DNA of 49,902 nt from a virus (Duplodnaviria > Caudoviricetes): the IMG/VR virus record IMGVR_UViG_3300037478_000378, positions 1 to 49,902 of that record. The stretch is one strand, 5' to 3'. The position numbers and the translations under genes were made by a program. Below, piece by piece: positions 8,380 to 15,453 of this stretch (positions are counted from its first letter, which is position 1; each line of letters opens with the position of its first letter). The notes beneath the pieces were generated by a model. That model did no database searches, was not told the DNA's origin, and worked only from the letters and a program-made list of their open reading frames with translations.

Positions 8380-8621
8380 TAGCCCCCCGCTTTCATCGCG
8401 CGCTTCGCCGCGCTCTGCCAGATCGTAATGGCGTTGTTTAAACGAATGCGCGACAGCCTCCCAGAAGCTCCGCGCACCGCTTCGTCCGCGAGCATGCGGA
8501 GCGCCCCTTTCTCTGAAATCTCAGAGACGGCTTTTCGGCAATACCGGCATTGCCGGTTGTAGGAATTGAGCAACAGATCGGGGTTGCGATGCTCCCGCAC
8601 GTCCTGGTTCGTCTCAGCCAT
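8379..8621 (-). CDS. Hypothetical protein
   Basis: TGATG overlap; MAETNQDVRE...CRYC. Confidence 0.6.
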   Translation of the reverse strand: MAETNQDVREHRNPDLLLNSYNRQCRYCRKAVSEISEKGALRMLADEAVRGASGRLSRIRLNNAITIWQSAAKRAMKAGG

Positions 8622-8845
8622 CAGCGCACCGCCTTTCGCGCACGAAAACAGACGGTCGTCATGCCCTGCACTTCGCACGGTTCCCCGCACGTCGCGCAGT
8701 CAACGACCAGCACTCCGCTCACGACGAGGTCGGCTAGTGGTGAATCTGTGATCTCGTCGCCGCACCACGGGCAAAACGGCTCGGACACCTGCCAGTCTTC
8801 CCACGGCAAATCGTGTTGGGGGTTCGTCTCAGCCTGCTCGCTCAT
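8621..8845 (-). CDS. Zinc-ribbon protein
   Basis: CPWC...CATC; GGGGAG SD. Confidence 0.7.
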   Translation of the reverse strand: MSEQAETNPQHDLPWEDWQVSEPFCPWCGDEITDSPLADLVVSGVLVVDCATCGEPCEVQGMTTVCFRARKAVR

Positions 8846-8875
8846 CGCGGTCTCCCCTGCTCCCTGCTGGCCCCC

Positions 8876-9073
8876 TCAGCGAGAGGGCGACGCCTTCCGC
8901 TCTGACTCCACCTGCCCCTTCGACACGAAACAGGCATCGCCACCGTGCGGACAGTGGTCGAGCTTCATTTCGGCCATCTCATGCCCGGAGAACTTCATGC
9001 GGATGATCTTGCCTGTCAACGTGCCGCGCTCGGGGAAGTGCGGATGGTCCGGGTCAACGATCTGCACACGCAT
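8876..9073 (-). CDS. Hypothetical protein
   Basis: GGAGG SD; MRVQIVDPDHPHF... Confidence 0.65.
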   Translation of the reverse strand: MRVQIVDPDHPHFPERGTLTGKIIRMKFSGHEMAEMKLDHCPHGGDACFVSKGQVESERKASPSR

Positions 9074-9076
9074 TAG

Positions 9077-9337
9077 CTATCCTCCCTCCTGCCGGCCGGG
9101 CGCCAACAGAAACTGACATTCACCAGCGTGATAGGCATGCCGAAGACAGCCACGCCCTTCCTTGTCGCGCGCAAAACAGGACACCGGACCTCGTTGCCTG
9201 GGGACCTCGCGCCCCGTCAACGCATCCTGAATCAGGCCGCACCAGTCGCAAATGACGTAGGGATCGTCTCCGTCGAAACGAAACCCGTGGCGGCCATCTG
9301 TTCTCTTGCTCCGAGGGCATTCCATGACATCTGGCAT
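9077..9337 (-). CDS. Cys/His-rich hypothetical protein
   Basis: TGATG overlap; ends PGRQEGG. Confidence 0.65.
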   Translation of the reverse strand: MPDVMECPRSKRTDGRHGFRFDGDDPYVICDWCGLIQDALTGREVPRQRGPVSCFARDKEGRGCLRHAYHAGECQFLLAPGRQEGG

Positions 9338-9663
9338 CACGCGCCCTCCTGCCGGCCGGCGACCTTGTCGAACAACTTTCGCGCCAGTCGCACGCGCTGT
9401 CGGCATTCCTCATTGGCCGGATCGTTCGAGGGGCCGAGCCAATCACGCGGAGACTTGTTCAGCGCCGTTTTCCAGCGTCGAAATGACTCCTCGGCTTCGC
9501 TCATCGGAGTCCTGAATCGTGACGGCTCGTGGGCTAATTCCGCCAGCGCGCGACTGTCGAAATGCGCGAGGCCGGCATACGCCAACAGGGCGTACAAGCA
9601 CTCCTCGTGCGTGGTCGGATCGCCGATCTTCGCCGCTTCCACGATCTCAAACAGCGTGCGCAT
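9337..9663 (-). CDS. Hypothetical protein
   Basis: TGATG overlap; MRTLFEIVEAAK...; ends AGRQEGA. Confidence 0.7.
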   Translation of the reverse strand: MRTLFEIVEAAKIGDPTTHEECLYALLAYAGLAHFDSRALAELAHEPSRFRTPMSEAEESFRRWKTALNKSPRDWLGPSNDPANEECRQRVRLARKLFDKVAGRQEGA

Positions 9664-9905
9664 CACGCGCCCTCCTCGATCGCCTCGCCCCAGAACCCTC
9701 GCTCGGGCGTGTCGCCGGATCGCTGTCGGCCCACGCGGGGCATCGGGGTCAGGCCGCGCCGGTTGCGCGAATGGAGGTAACGGCTGATCGCGATGCGGGC
9801 GAGTTCGCTGACAGACAGGCTCAGGGCGGCGGCGCTGGCTTCGAGCATCGCTTTGTCGGCGGCGTCGGCCAGGGGGACGGTGAGCTGCGTGCGGGGGCGG
9901 CTCAT
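9663..9905 (-). CDS. Ribbon-helix-helix-like DNA-binding protein
   Basis: RTQLTVPL strand then LEASAAALSLSVSELARIAISRYL helices (CopG/Arc-like pattern). Confidence 0.65.
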   Translation of the reverse strand: MSRPRTQLTVPLADAADKAMLEASAAALSLSVSELARIAISRYLHSRNRRGLTPMPRVGRQRSGDTPERGFWGEAIEEGA

Positions 9906-10201
9906 CGCGGATCTCGCCAGCCGCGGGCATCGGGTGGTGGTGGGGGTACCGATGCGCTCGCGCTGTCGCGCTTCGCATCGGCGCCGGGCTGCGATGGCGA
10001 TGGCTGCGCTTGCCGTGCGGCGATCGGCTCGAACGCCCAGCGCATCCACGCCTTGACCATGTAGGTCGCGATCTCCAATCGCTCGTCGTCGGTCAGGCCG
10101 AACACAGGCAGATAAGCGTTGGGGTCGTCGGGAAGCAGCCAAGCGTACAGCGTGCGCCCCGACTCCAACTCCCATTGCCCCGTGCGGCCGTTGTACTGCA
10201 T
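9902..10201 (-). CDS. Hypothetical protein, first gene of the leftward operon
   Basis: CAGGAGGG SD; MQYNGRTGQW... Confidence 0.65.
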   Translation of the reverse strand: MQYNGRTGQWELESGRTLYAWLLPDDPNAYLPVFGLTDDERLEIATYMVKAWMRWAFEPIAARQAQPSPSQPGADAKRDSASASVPPPPPDARGWRDPR

Positions 10202-10221
10202 CCTCGCCCTCCTGTCCGCCC

Positions 10222-10251
10222 ATTCTACGATCACCCCGCGCCGAATTGCAA
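10222..10251 (-). promoter_or_regulatory. Sigma70-type promoter of the leftward operon
   Basis: TTGCAA-18 nt-TAGAAT, 20 nt above ATG 10201. Confidence 0.7.
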
Positions 10252-10391
10252 CGCCAAAACTGTAAGCCGCCGCGCCGCCGCCGCAATGGCAGTGCCACCG
10301 GGACCGTGGCCTTCGGCCAGGCCAAACTGCCATGCCATTCCGCAGTACGCCACACGCCGCGCGGCCGGTTCGCCCCCGCCCTAAGATCTTA

Positions 10392-10508
10392 TATGTACAT
10401 AGAACCCCTTCCGATTTGACCCGAGGCAACTGTGCGTACGTGCGCGTGTGCGCCAGTGCGTTGAAAGCGATTTGAAAGTGTGCGTACAAACCGCTGTGCG
10501 CGTGTGCG
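10392..10508. repeat. Left arm of ~120 bp imperfect inverted repeat
   Basis: 10392-10461 matches the reverse complement of 15361-15430 at 54/70 without gaps; similarity continues after a small indel. Confidence 0.9.
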
Positions 10509-10595
10509 TTGGGGTGTTGGGCAGCATTTGGCAATGCCAATTCGCTCGGCCTATACGTCCCACAACGCTTGAGCATATAAACGGCCCGCAGCCAT

Positions 10596-10656
10596 TGGCA
10601 CTGCCCATTCGCCCATGTGTGTACACTGTACGTACATGGGCGATTTGGCAGTGCCA
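10596..10656. repeat. 61 bp imperfect palindrome (hairpin/cruciform)
   Basis: TGGCACTGCC/GGCAGTGCCA and TCGCCCATGT/ACATGGGCGA arms symmetric about 10626. Confidence 0.85.
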
Positions 10657-11133
10657 TTGTTGGGCGATTTGAAAAAATTCGCATGAGCATACCCCTCCCA
10701 CCAGACCCCGCCGGCCTGGCAGCGAGGCCCCCGGCCCTGGGCACACCGGGCATGGCCATTGCGCAGACGGGCCGGGCCGATTCGCCGATCGCCGATTGGC
10801 CATGCCATTTGCAGTACTGCGATTTGGCAGTGCCATTCGCCATCGTCGTCGTCATTCGCTCAGCCATCGCATCGCTCAGCAGCTGGGCCATTGGCATGGC
10901 CGAACATGTGATAGGCCGAGCGGGGGGCATGGGGGCATGGCCCACTACGCAAGGCCCAGGGGGCTGGGCAGTGATATCACTCTGCTATCAATCCGATATC
11001 TGCACTGCCATTAGGCAGTACGTACATGTACGCACTGCAGCGATCCGGCGATCGGCCGATACCCAGGTCAGCAGCTCGCGAATGGGGAATGTCCGAATGG
11101 ATACACGGATTATAGGCAGGCCATCTAAATGTG

Positions 11134-11162
11134 TTGCCATTCCCGGCCGGCTGTCGTCTAAT
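11134..11162 (+). promoter_or_regulatory. Candidate promoter for the small-gene island
   Basis: TTGCCA-17 nt-TCTAAT above the ACAGGAG SD. Confidence 0.45.
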
Positions 11163-11192
11163 AGAGCAGGACAGGAGATTACCCATGCTCAC
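11155..11192 (+). repeat. 38 bp exact direct repeat copy 1 (-10/SD/ATG region)
   Basis: CGTCTAATAGAGCAGGACAGGAGATTACCCATGCTCAC; identical at 12891-12928. Confidence 0.95.
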
Positions 11193-11304
11193 CATTGCCA
11201 GCATCGCAGCGCTCATCATCCCGGCTGCCTTCGTCCTGTCGGCAGTCGGCCGTCTCGTCACCCGCCCGCAGTACCGCAAGCTGCAGGGCATTTACTGGAG
11301 CTAG
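11185..11304 (+). CDS. Small membrane peptide (39 aa)
   Basis: AGGAG SD; MLTIASIAALIIPAAFVLSAVGRL... Confidence 0.6.
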   Translation: MLTIASIAALIIPAAFVLSAVGRLVTRPQYRKLQGIYWS

Positions 11305-11306
11305 AC

Positions 11307-11648
11307 ATGACCGCGATCAAGAAACGCATCATCGTTCGACTGGCCGAAGACGCACCGACCGATCTGCCGCTCGGCGCCGTTCTGGCGCTCGCGTCCGACG
11401 TCGAATCGGTCTATCAGGAAACCGACCGCCGATGGATGTCCGGCGAACGGCCCGACGACACAGCCGATCCGATCGACCAGGCCGACGCGGCGTACGTCGA
11501 GTGGCTGCAGCGGCTCGGCGGGATTCGCAACATCGGGAGTTACGCGCGCTGCCTGGATGGGGCGCGGGAGTACATGGACAAGTCGAAGTGGGCCGAAGGG
11601 CAGTATCTCCTGACGGGCCGATCGGTCCGTGGGCAGCATGGGAGGTAG
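11307..11648 (+). CDS. Hypothetical protein
   Basis: GGAG SD; MTAIKKRIIVRL... Confidence 0.7.
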   Translation: MTAIKKRIIVRLAEDAPTDLPLGAVLALASDVESVYQETDRRWMSGERPDDTADPIDQADAAYVEWLQRLGGIRNIGSYARCLDGAREYMDKSKWAEGQYLLTGRSVRGQHGR

Positions 11649-11654
11649 AGACCA

Positions 11655-11906
11655 ATGCCAGAACTCGACACACCGTGCTACGTCATTCGATCGGACGGGT
11701 TCAGGGACCACGTCAGCTACGAAGATGGCTGGTGCTATGGCCGATCGCGATTCCTGGGTACGGCGGCCGGCGATGAGAACCCGCGCGACCTGATCAAGGC
11801 AGACATTCGGGAGTCGTTCGACGACCGAAACGGCCTGCCGGTGTACTTCATGTCCGACCACGGGAACGTCAGCCGGGCGCGCTGTGTGCGCCTGCGGAAG
11901 CGGTAG
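11655..11906 (+). CDS. Hypothetical protein
   Basis: GGAGGT SD; 83 aa. Confidence 0.7.
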   Translation: MPELDTPCYVIRSDGFRDHVSYEDGWCYGRSRFLGTAAGDENPRDLIKADIRESFDDRNGLPVYFMSDHGNVSRARCVRLRKR

Positions 11907-11916
11907 GGGTAACATC

Positions 11917-12309
11917 ATGTACGTCTATCAGGCGGATCTGTACTGCGATGCATGCGGCCGGCAGATCCGGTCAGACTTGGATCAAGTCTTCGCCGAGAAT
12001 GAGGTGTCGCCGGGTACTGACGAGGACGATTCCGATCGGTACCCGCAGTGGGCGGACGACGACGACGAAACCGACTCGCCTACACACTGTGCGAGCGGCG
12101 CCGAATGTCGAGACGAGATCGACCTGCAGGTCTACGGGCTAGGCAAGCGAGCCAAGCTCCACGGCGCCGAGTCACGCTACGTCGGCGCGGCGCTTGGCAC
12201 GCTGAACGAGAACGGCCAGACGTACGCGCGCGACCTGATGCGCGAGTGGAAGCGGACGCCATATCAACGCGCCTTGCATCGGGCTTGGCGTGCGCTGTAC
12301 CAGTTGTAA
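11917..12309 (+). CDS. Acidic hypothetical protein with CxxC
   Basis: MYVYQADLYCDACG...; D/E-rich centre. Confidence 0.7.
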   Translation: MYVYQADLYCDACGRQIRSDLDQVFAENEVSPGTDEDDSDRYPQWADDDDETDSPTHCASGAECRDEIDLQVYGLGKRAKLHGAESRYVGAALGTLNENGQTYARDLMREWKRTPYQRALHRAWRALYQL

Positions 12310-12320
12310 AAGGGGACACC

Positions 12321-12806
12321 ATGAGACGTGCTGTCACGATCGATCGTCGGCAGGTTCGCATTCCACATTTGGCCGGGCGTACGTACGGGTACGGGAAGGG
12401 GAACGCACAAGTAGGTGACCTGCTGACCTATCGCGAGTACGACAACGGGCCGATCGAACACGGACGCATGATCGGCCGTGCGACCGATGCGCCTGACCTG
12501 GATCATCCAGGACGCAGGCTGCCGGCGCTGATCGTAGTCTTGCAGCTTGGCGAAGGCTTGTCGCATGCGTACGAACGTTGGATCCGTCCGGAGCGCGTGA
12601 TTCGCATTGTGTCGAGTACCGGCTTGGCTGACTGGCTGGCATTCTTCATGGGGCCGGATTGCCCGATGGGCGAGGATGCGCGGTATCTCGCCGAGTACGG
12701 CAGTCTCTCGGCTGACCATGAGGGGATGCGTGACCACGTGGCGCATTGTCGGGGTGTCCTCATGCGGAAGCGCCATCAGGAGCGCGGGACGTACGTCTCT
12801 CGGTAG
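12321..12806 (+). CDS. Hypothetical protein
   Basis: AAGGGG SD; MRRAVTIDRRQV... Confidence 0.7.
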   Translation: MRRAVTIDRRQVRIPHLAGRTYGYGKGNAQVGDLLTYREYDNGPIEHGRMIGRATDAPDLDHPGRRLPALIVVLQLGEGLSHAYERWIRPERVIRIVSSTGLADWLAFFMGPDCPMGEDARYLAEYGSLSADHEGMRDHVAHCRGVLMRKRHQERGTYVSR

Positions 12807-12842
12807 CGCGCCAGCGAAGCGGAAAGGGAGAGGGTAAGGGAC

Positions 12843-13094
12843 ATGTACCACTTCACAGTGCAATACGACGACGATCCGATGAGCAGCTTGCGTCTAATAG
12901 AGCAGGACAGGAGATTACCCATGCTCACGCTGACGTACGAGGAGTACTGCAAGTACTTCGGCAACCCCGATCGGCACGTCGTGCTGAGTGTCGTGCTGGA
13001 GCAGCAGTGCGACATGGAGCACTGGCACACGGCCGCTTCGGTCTGTGGCATCGATTTCATGGATGACAGCCCGGAGGTCGAGGCCGGCCGGTGA
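12843..13094 (+). CDS. Truncated/chimeric paralog of 14663..15154
   Basis: Shares MYxFTVQYDDDPMSSL, YEEYCxYFGNP and MDDSPEV; carries the 38 bp repeat in frame. Confidence 0.75.
   Translation: MYHFTVQYDDDPMSSLRLIEQDRRLPMLTLTYEEYCKYFGNPDRHVVLSVVLEQQCDMEHWHTAASVCGIDFMDDSPEVEAGR
12891..12928 (+). repeat. 38 bp exact direct repeat copy 2
   Basis: Identical to 11155-11192. Confidence 0.95.
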
Positions 13095-13438
13095 CACGCT
13101 TCGCCGAACAACTGCGCGAGCTCGCAGGTGGCAAGCCCGGTAAGTGGGCCGGCCCGGCCCGGTGTTCAAGTTGCGGCGCGTTCGTGCGATCGCACTTCGG
13201 CCCGGATCGGCGGTGGGTAGGGTGCAAGCCACCCAGGCCGGCTAGGGTGCGAATCTACCGGACACGTGCCGGCTGGACGGTCACTTGGAAGTGGGCCGCA
13301 GGCAATCGGAGTCGCGCGGTTGTGCGAGTCGGCAGTGAGCAGATCGCACAAGGGGTCGCGCGGCGCGTGCGTGACGGGTGGTCGAAGTGGGCCATAGGGC
13401 AGTATCTCAGGGCGAATTGGACACCTGAACAGGAGTAA
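13091..13438 (+). CDS. Basic hypothetical protein
   Basis: GTGA overlap; CSSC; Trp/Arg-rich. Confidence 0.6.
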   Translation: MTRFAEQLRELAGGKPGKWAGPARCSSCGAFVRSHFGPDRRWVGCKPPRPARVRIYRTRAGWTVTWKWAAGNRSRAVVRVGSEQIAQGVARRVRDGWSKWAIGQYLRANWTPEQE

Positions 13439-13462
13439 GGCAGGTTGGACTACTAAACATTT

Positions 13463-13618
13463 ATGCGATGGATTGCACCTTTGTTTATTATCGTGTGGAT
13501 GTACTACATGTATGCGGACGACTTCAGCATCGGCGCATGGTGGACCGATGTCCCACTCTACGATAGTCAACGGCAACCGCGTTGGGGCGGTGGCCTGGAC
13601 GGGGGACTAAGGCCATGA
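13463..13618 (+). CDS. Small membrane peptide (51 aa)
   Basis: MRWIAPLFIIVWMYYMYADD...; ATGA overlap with next gene; AT-rich. Confidence 0.5.
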   Translation: MRWIAPLFIIVWMYYMYADDFSIGAWWTDVPLYDSQRQPRWGGGLDGGLRP

Positions 13619-13818
13619 GATATCGTGTGTTTACACGCAATTGGTGGCGGGATAACCCATCATGGCCGAATGGGCTTGAGCCCGATCCTACTGCCCGCAA
13701 GACGACGCGAGCGATCGTACATTCCGAGGACGCGGCACGGGAGTGGTGTCAGGCGTATAACGAGACACACAAGCCGGGCCGTCTGAGCCGTAAGGCAGAA
13801 TACGAGAGGGTGTCATGA
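13615..13818 (+). CDS. Hypothetical protein
   Basis: MRYRVFTRNWW...; ATGA overlaps on both sides. Confidence 0.7.
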   Translation: MRYRVFTRNWWRDNPSWPNGLEPDPTARKTTRAIVHSEDAAREWCQAYNETHKPGRLSRKAEYERVS

Positions 13819-14225
13819 GCATCAGTCGCAAGTGGCGTGAGGAGTTTATCGCACGGGTGGCCGCGAAGGGCATGCGGATTGACTCGGCGCGGTACCTGCT
13901 GAGCAAGGCGGCGACCCTGCAGCGGTTGGCCGAGGTGCAGTGCAACGGGGAGTACCCGGCTGAGTCGCCGGACATGGCCGACAGCGATCGCGCGACGTGC
14001 AAGGACTGTGAGTACACGTGGTACCGATCGGCGATCACGAAAGACGGCCGCTGCCCCGATTGCCGCGCGGCCAATGCGGTCAGGGCGTACGTCGAGGTGG
14101 AGCTGCCCGGCTGGCGCGTGCGGTTCCAGGATGACCCGCGCGGGTGCGTGGTCCAGGTCGCCCCGCCCGACGTCAAGACGGACGGGTACACCCAGACCGA
14201 TGGATGGATCGGGGTGCCGGCATGA
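13815..14225 (+). CDS. Hypothetical protein with zinc ribbon
   Basis: CKDC...CPDC; QDDPRG motif. Confidence 0.7.
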   Translation: MSISRKWREEFIARVAAKGMRIDSARYLLSKAATLQRLAEVQCNGEYPAESPDMADSDRATCKDCEYTWYRSAITKDGRCPDCRAANAVRAYVEVELPGWRVRFQDDPRGCVVQVAPPDVKTDGYTQTDGWIGVPA

Positions 14226-14419
14226 GGCTCGTACTCGCACAGGACACCGATACTGTCTGGGTGACGTGCGCCCGGTGCGGCCGCATGCGGCCACTCTCGC
14301 ACATGGTGGCAGACCTGGACGGGCCAGCGTTCCGCGCGTACTTCTGTCAACAGACGTGTCAGCCGGCGGATGCGACTGAGGCGGATCGGCTGTACGCGCG
14401 ACTGCAGGAGTTGTCATGA
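14222..14419 (+). CDS. Small Cys-rich protein
   Basis: CARC...CQQTC; ATGA overlaps. Confidence 0.65.
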   Translation: MRLVLAQDTDTVWVTCARCGRMRPLSHMVADLDGPAFRAYFCQQTCQPADATEADRLYARLQELS

Positions 14420-14658
14420 GCCGCCGCTGCCTACACACCTTCACCCGCGCGGACCTGGGCAAGCGCCATCTTGTCGTGCGCTGCCCGTGCTGCGAGACAG
14501 TCAAGACCTATTGCCTGGACGACGTCATGGGGCGCGTGCAGGCGATCGACGTGGGCAAACAGCTCTGGGTGATTGGCGGCGTGCTGCAGGTCGAGAACGA
14601 TGTGCAGGTCGCCGATCGCTGGCATCGTGAACACTTGGATGCGATTAACAGGGGGTAG
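14416..14658 (+). CDS. Hypothetical protein
   Basis: AGGAG SD; CPCC; QVENDVQ. Confidence 0.7.
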   Translation: MSRRCLHTFTRADLGKRHLVVRCPCCETVKTYCLDDVMGRVQAIDVGKQLWVIGGVLQVENDVQVADRWHREHLDAINRG

Positions 14659-14662
14659 AGAC

Positions 14663-15154
14663 ATGTACCGATTCACAGTGCAATACGACGACGATCCGAT
14701 GAGCAGCTTGCACGACCCCGAAGGTAATCCCCTTCCGGGGCCGCGTGAGATATACGAGGCGAACCCGATCACCGACAAGGGACGCACCGTGCCGTACGAG
14801 GAGTACTGCGATTACTTCGGCAATCCCAATCACCACGTCGTGCTCGGCGTCACGATCGAGCAGGAGTGCAACATGGGGCACTGGCACGAGATTGATGCGC
14901 TCTGGGACATCGATTTGATGGACGACAGCCCCGAAGTGTTGGCCGTCAACATCAATCGAGGGTACGCGCGGGCGACCGACCTGCCCGGCTACCTTCGCGA
15001 AGTGGCCGAGCAGCTTGAGGAAGAGGCCCAGGCCGGCGTTCGCCGGTGCCCCGAATGCAAGCAGCCTCTCACAGATCGCCTGACCGACAACGACGGGCGG
15101 CCGATCTACTGCGACACGTGCGATCGGGAGGTTGTGATTCAGGGGCGCACGTGA
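14663..15154 (+). CDS. Acidic hypothetical protein with C-terminal zinc ribbon
   Basis: MYRFTVQYDDDP...CPEC...CDTC; 14660-14711 matches 12840-12891 at 50/52. Confidence 0.75.
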   Translation: MYRFTVQYDDDPMSSLHDPEGNPLPGPREIYEANPITDKGRTVPYEEYCDYFGNPNHHVVLGVTIEQECNMGHWHEIDALWDIDLMDDSPEVLAVNINRGYARATDLPGYLREVAEQLEEEAQAGVRRCPECKQPLTDRLTDNDGRPIYCDTCDREVVIQGRT

Positions 15155-15324
15155 GCCGGCGCCTCCGCTGGCTCGTCTTCGTCCTCAACGCAGGGGCTGT
15201 GCTCTGGGGCTGGCCCCTGCGTACCGACTTGTGGATTGGTCATGCTGTGATTGCACTGGCGGCGTGGCCTGGGCGGTTCATGGAACCGCAGAAAGGGCCG
15301 CGCACCGGCGCACATACGCACTAG
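15151..15324 (+). CDS. Small membrane protein
   Basis: GTGA overlap; two hydrophobic stretches. Confidence 0.5.
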   Translation: MSRRLRWLVFVLNAGAVLWGWPLRTDLWIGHAVIALAAWPGRFMEPQKGPRTGAHTH

Positions 15325-15431
15325 CGCACGTACGCACAGGCTCAATTCGCTTGTGCCCACGCGCACCAGAGCACCAGCGCACGTACGCACAGATCCCGTG
15401 CTCTAAATTGGAGGGGGTTCTATGTACATAG
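15301..15431. repeat. Right arm of imperfect inverted repeat
   Basis: Reverse-complement similarity to 10392-10508; 17-mer AGCGCACGTACGCACAG at 15323 and 15376; ends in the palindrome CTATGTACATAG. Confidence 0.9.
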
Positions 15432-15453
15432 TACAAGGGAGGCAGGTGAGACG

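Larger units (their letters stand above)
10287..10835. repeat. Dispersed palindromic motif TGGC-N3-GCCA
   Basis: 10287, 10529, 10596 (1 mismatch), 10646, 10797, 10825; 19-mer GCGATTTGGCAGTGCCATT present twice. Confidence 0.8.

Noticed and set aside
10380-11150. CRISPR array or tRNA in the repeat-rich non-coding region
   Set aside because: Repeats are short and irregularly spaced without repeat-spacer periodicity; no cloverleaf; no cas operon (20332-20955 is a stand-alone phage nuclease)
9902-11648. ORF-track extensions 9902-10945 (-) and 10617-11648 (+) across the control region
   Set aside because: SD-supported starts are at 10201 and 11307; the upstream parts merely translate the palindromic repeats
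11917-14668. Three island genes start ATGTAC, resembling the TATGTACATA core of the IR
   Set aside because: Two are paralogs, and a 6-nt match is too short to exceed chance
12840-14900. Diversity-generating retroelement TR/VR pair
   Set aside because: No reverse transcriptase, and the differences between the paralogs are not adenine-specific
10392-15431. Transposon or IS with terminal inverted repeats
   Set aside because: No transposase or recombinase ORF and no target-site duplication seen; kept only as an unexplained IR-bounded island
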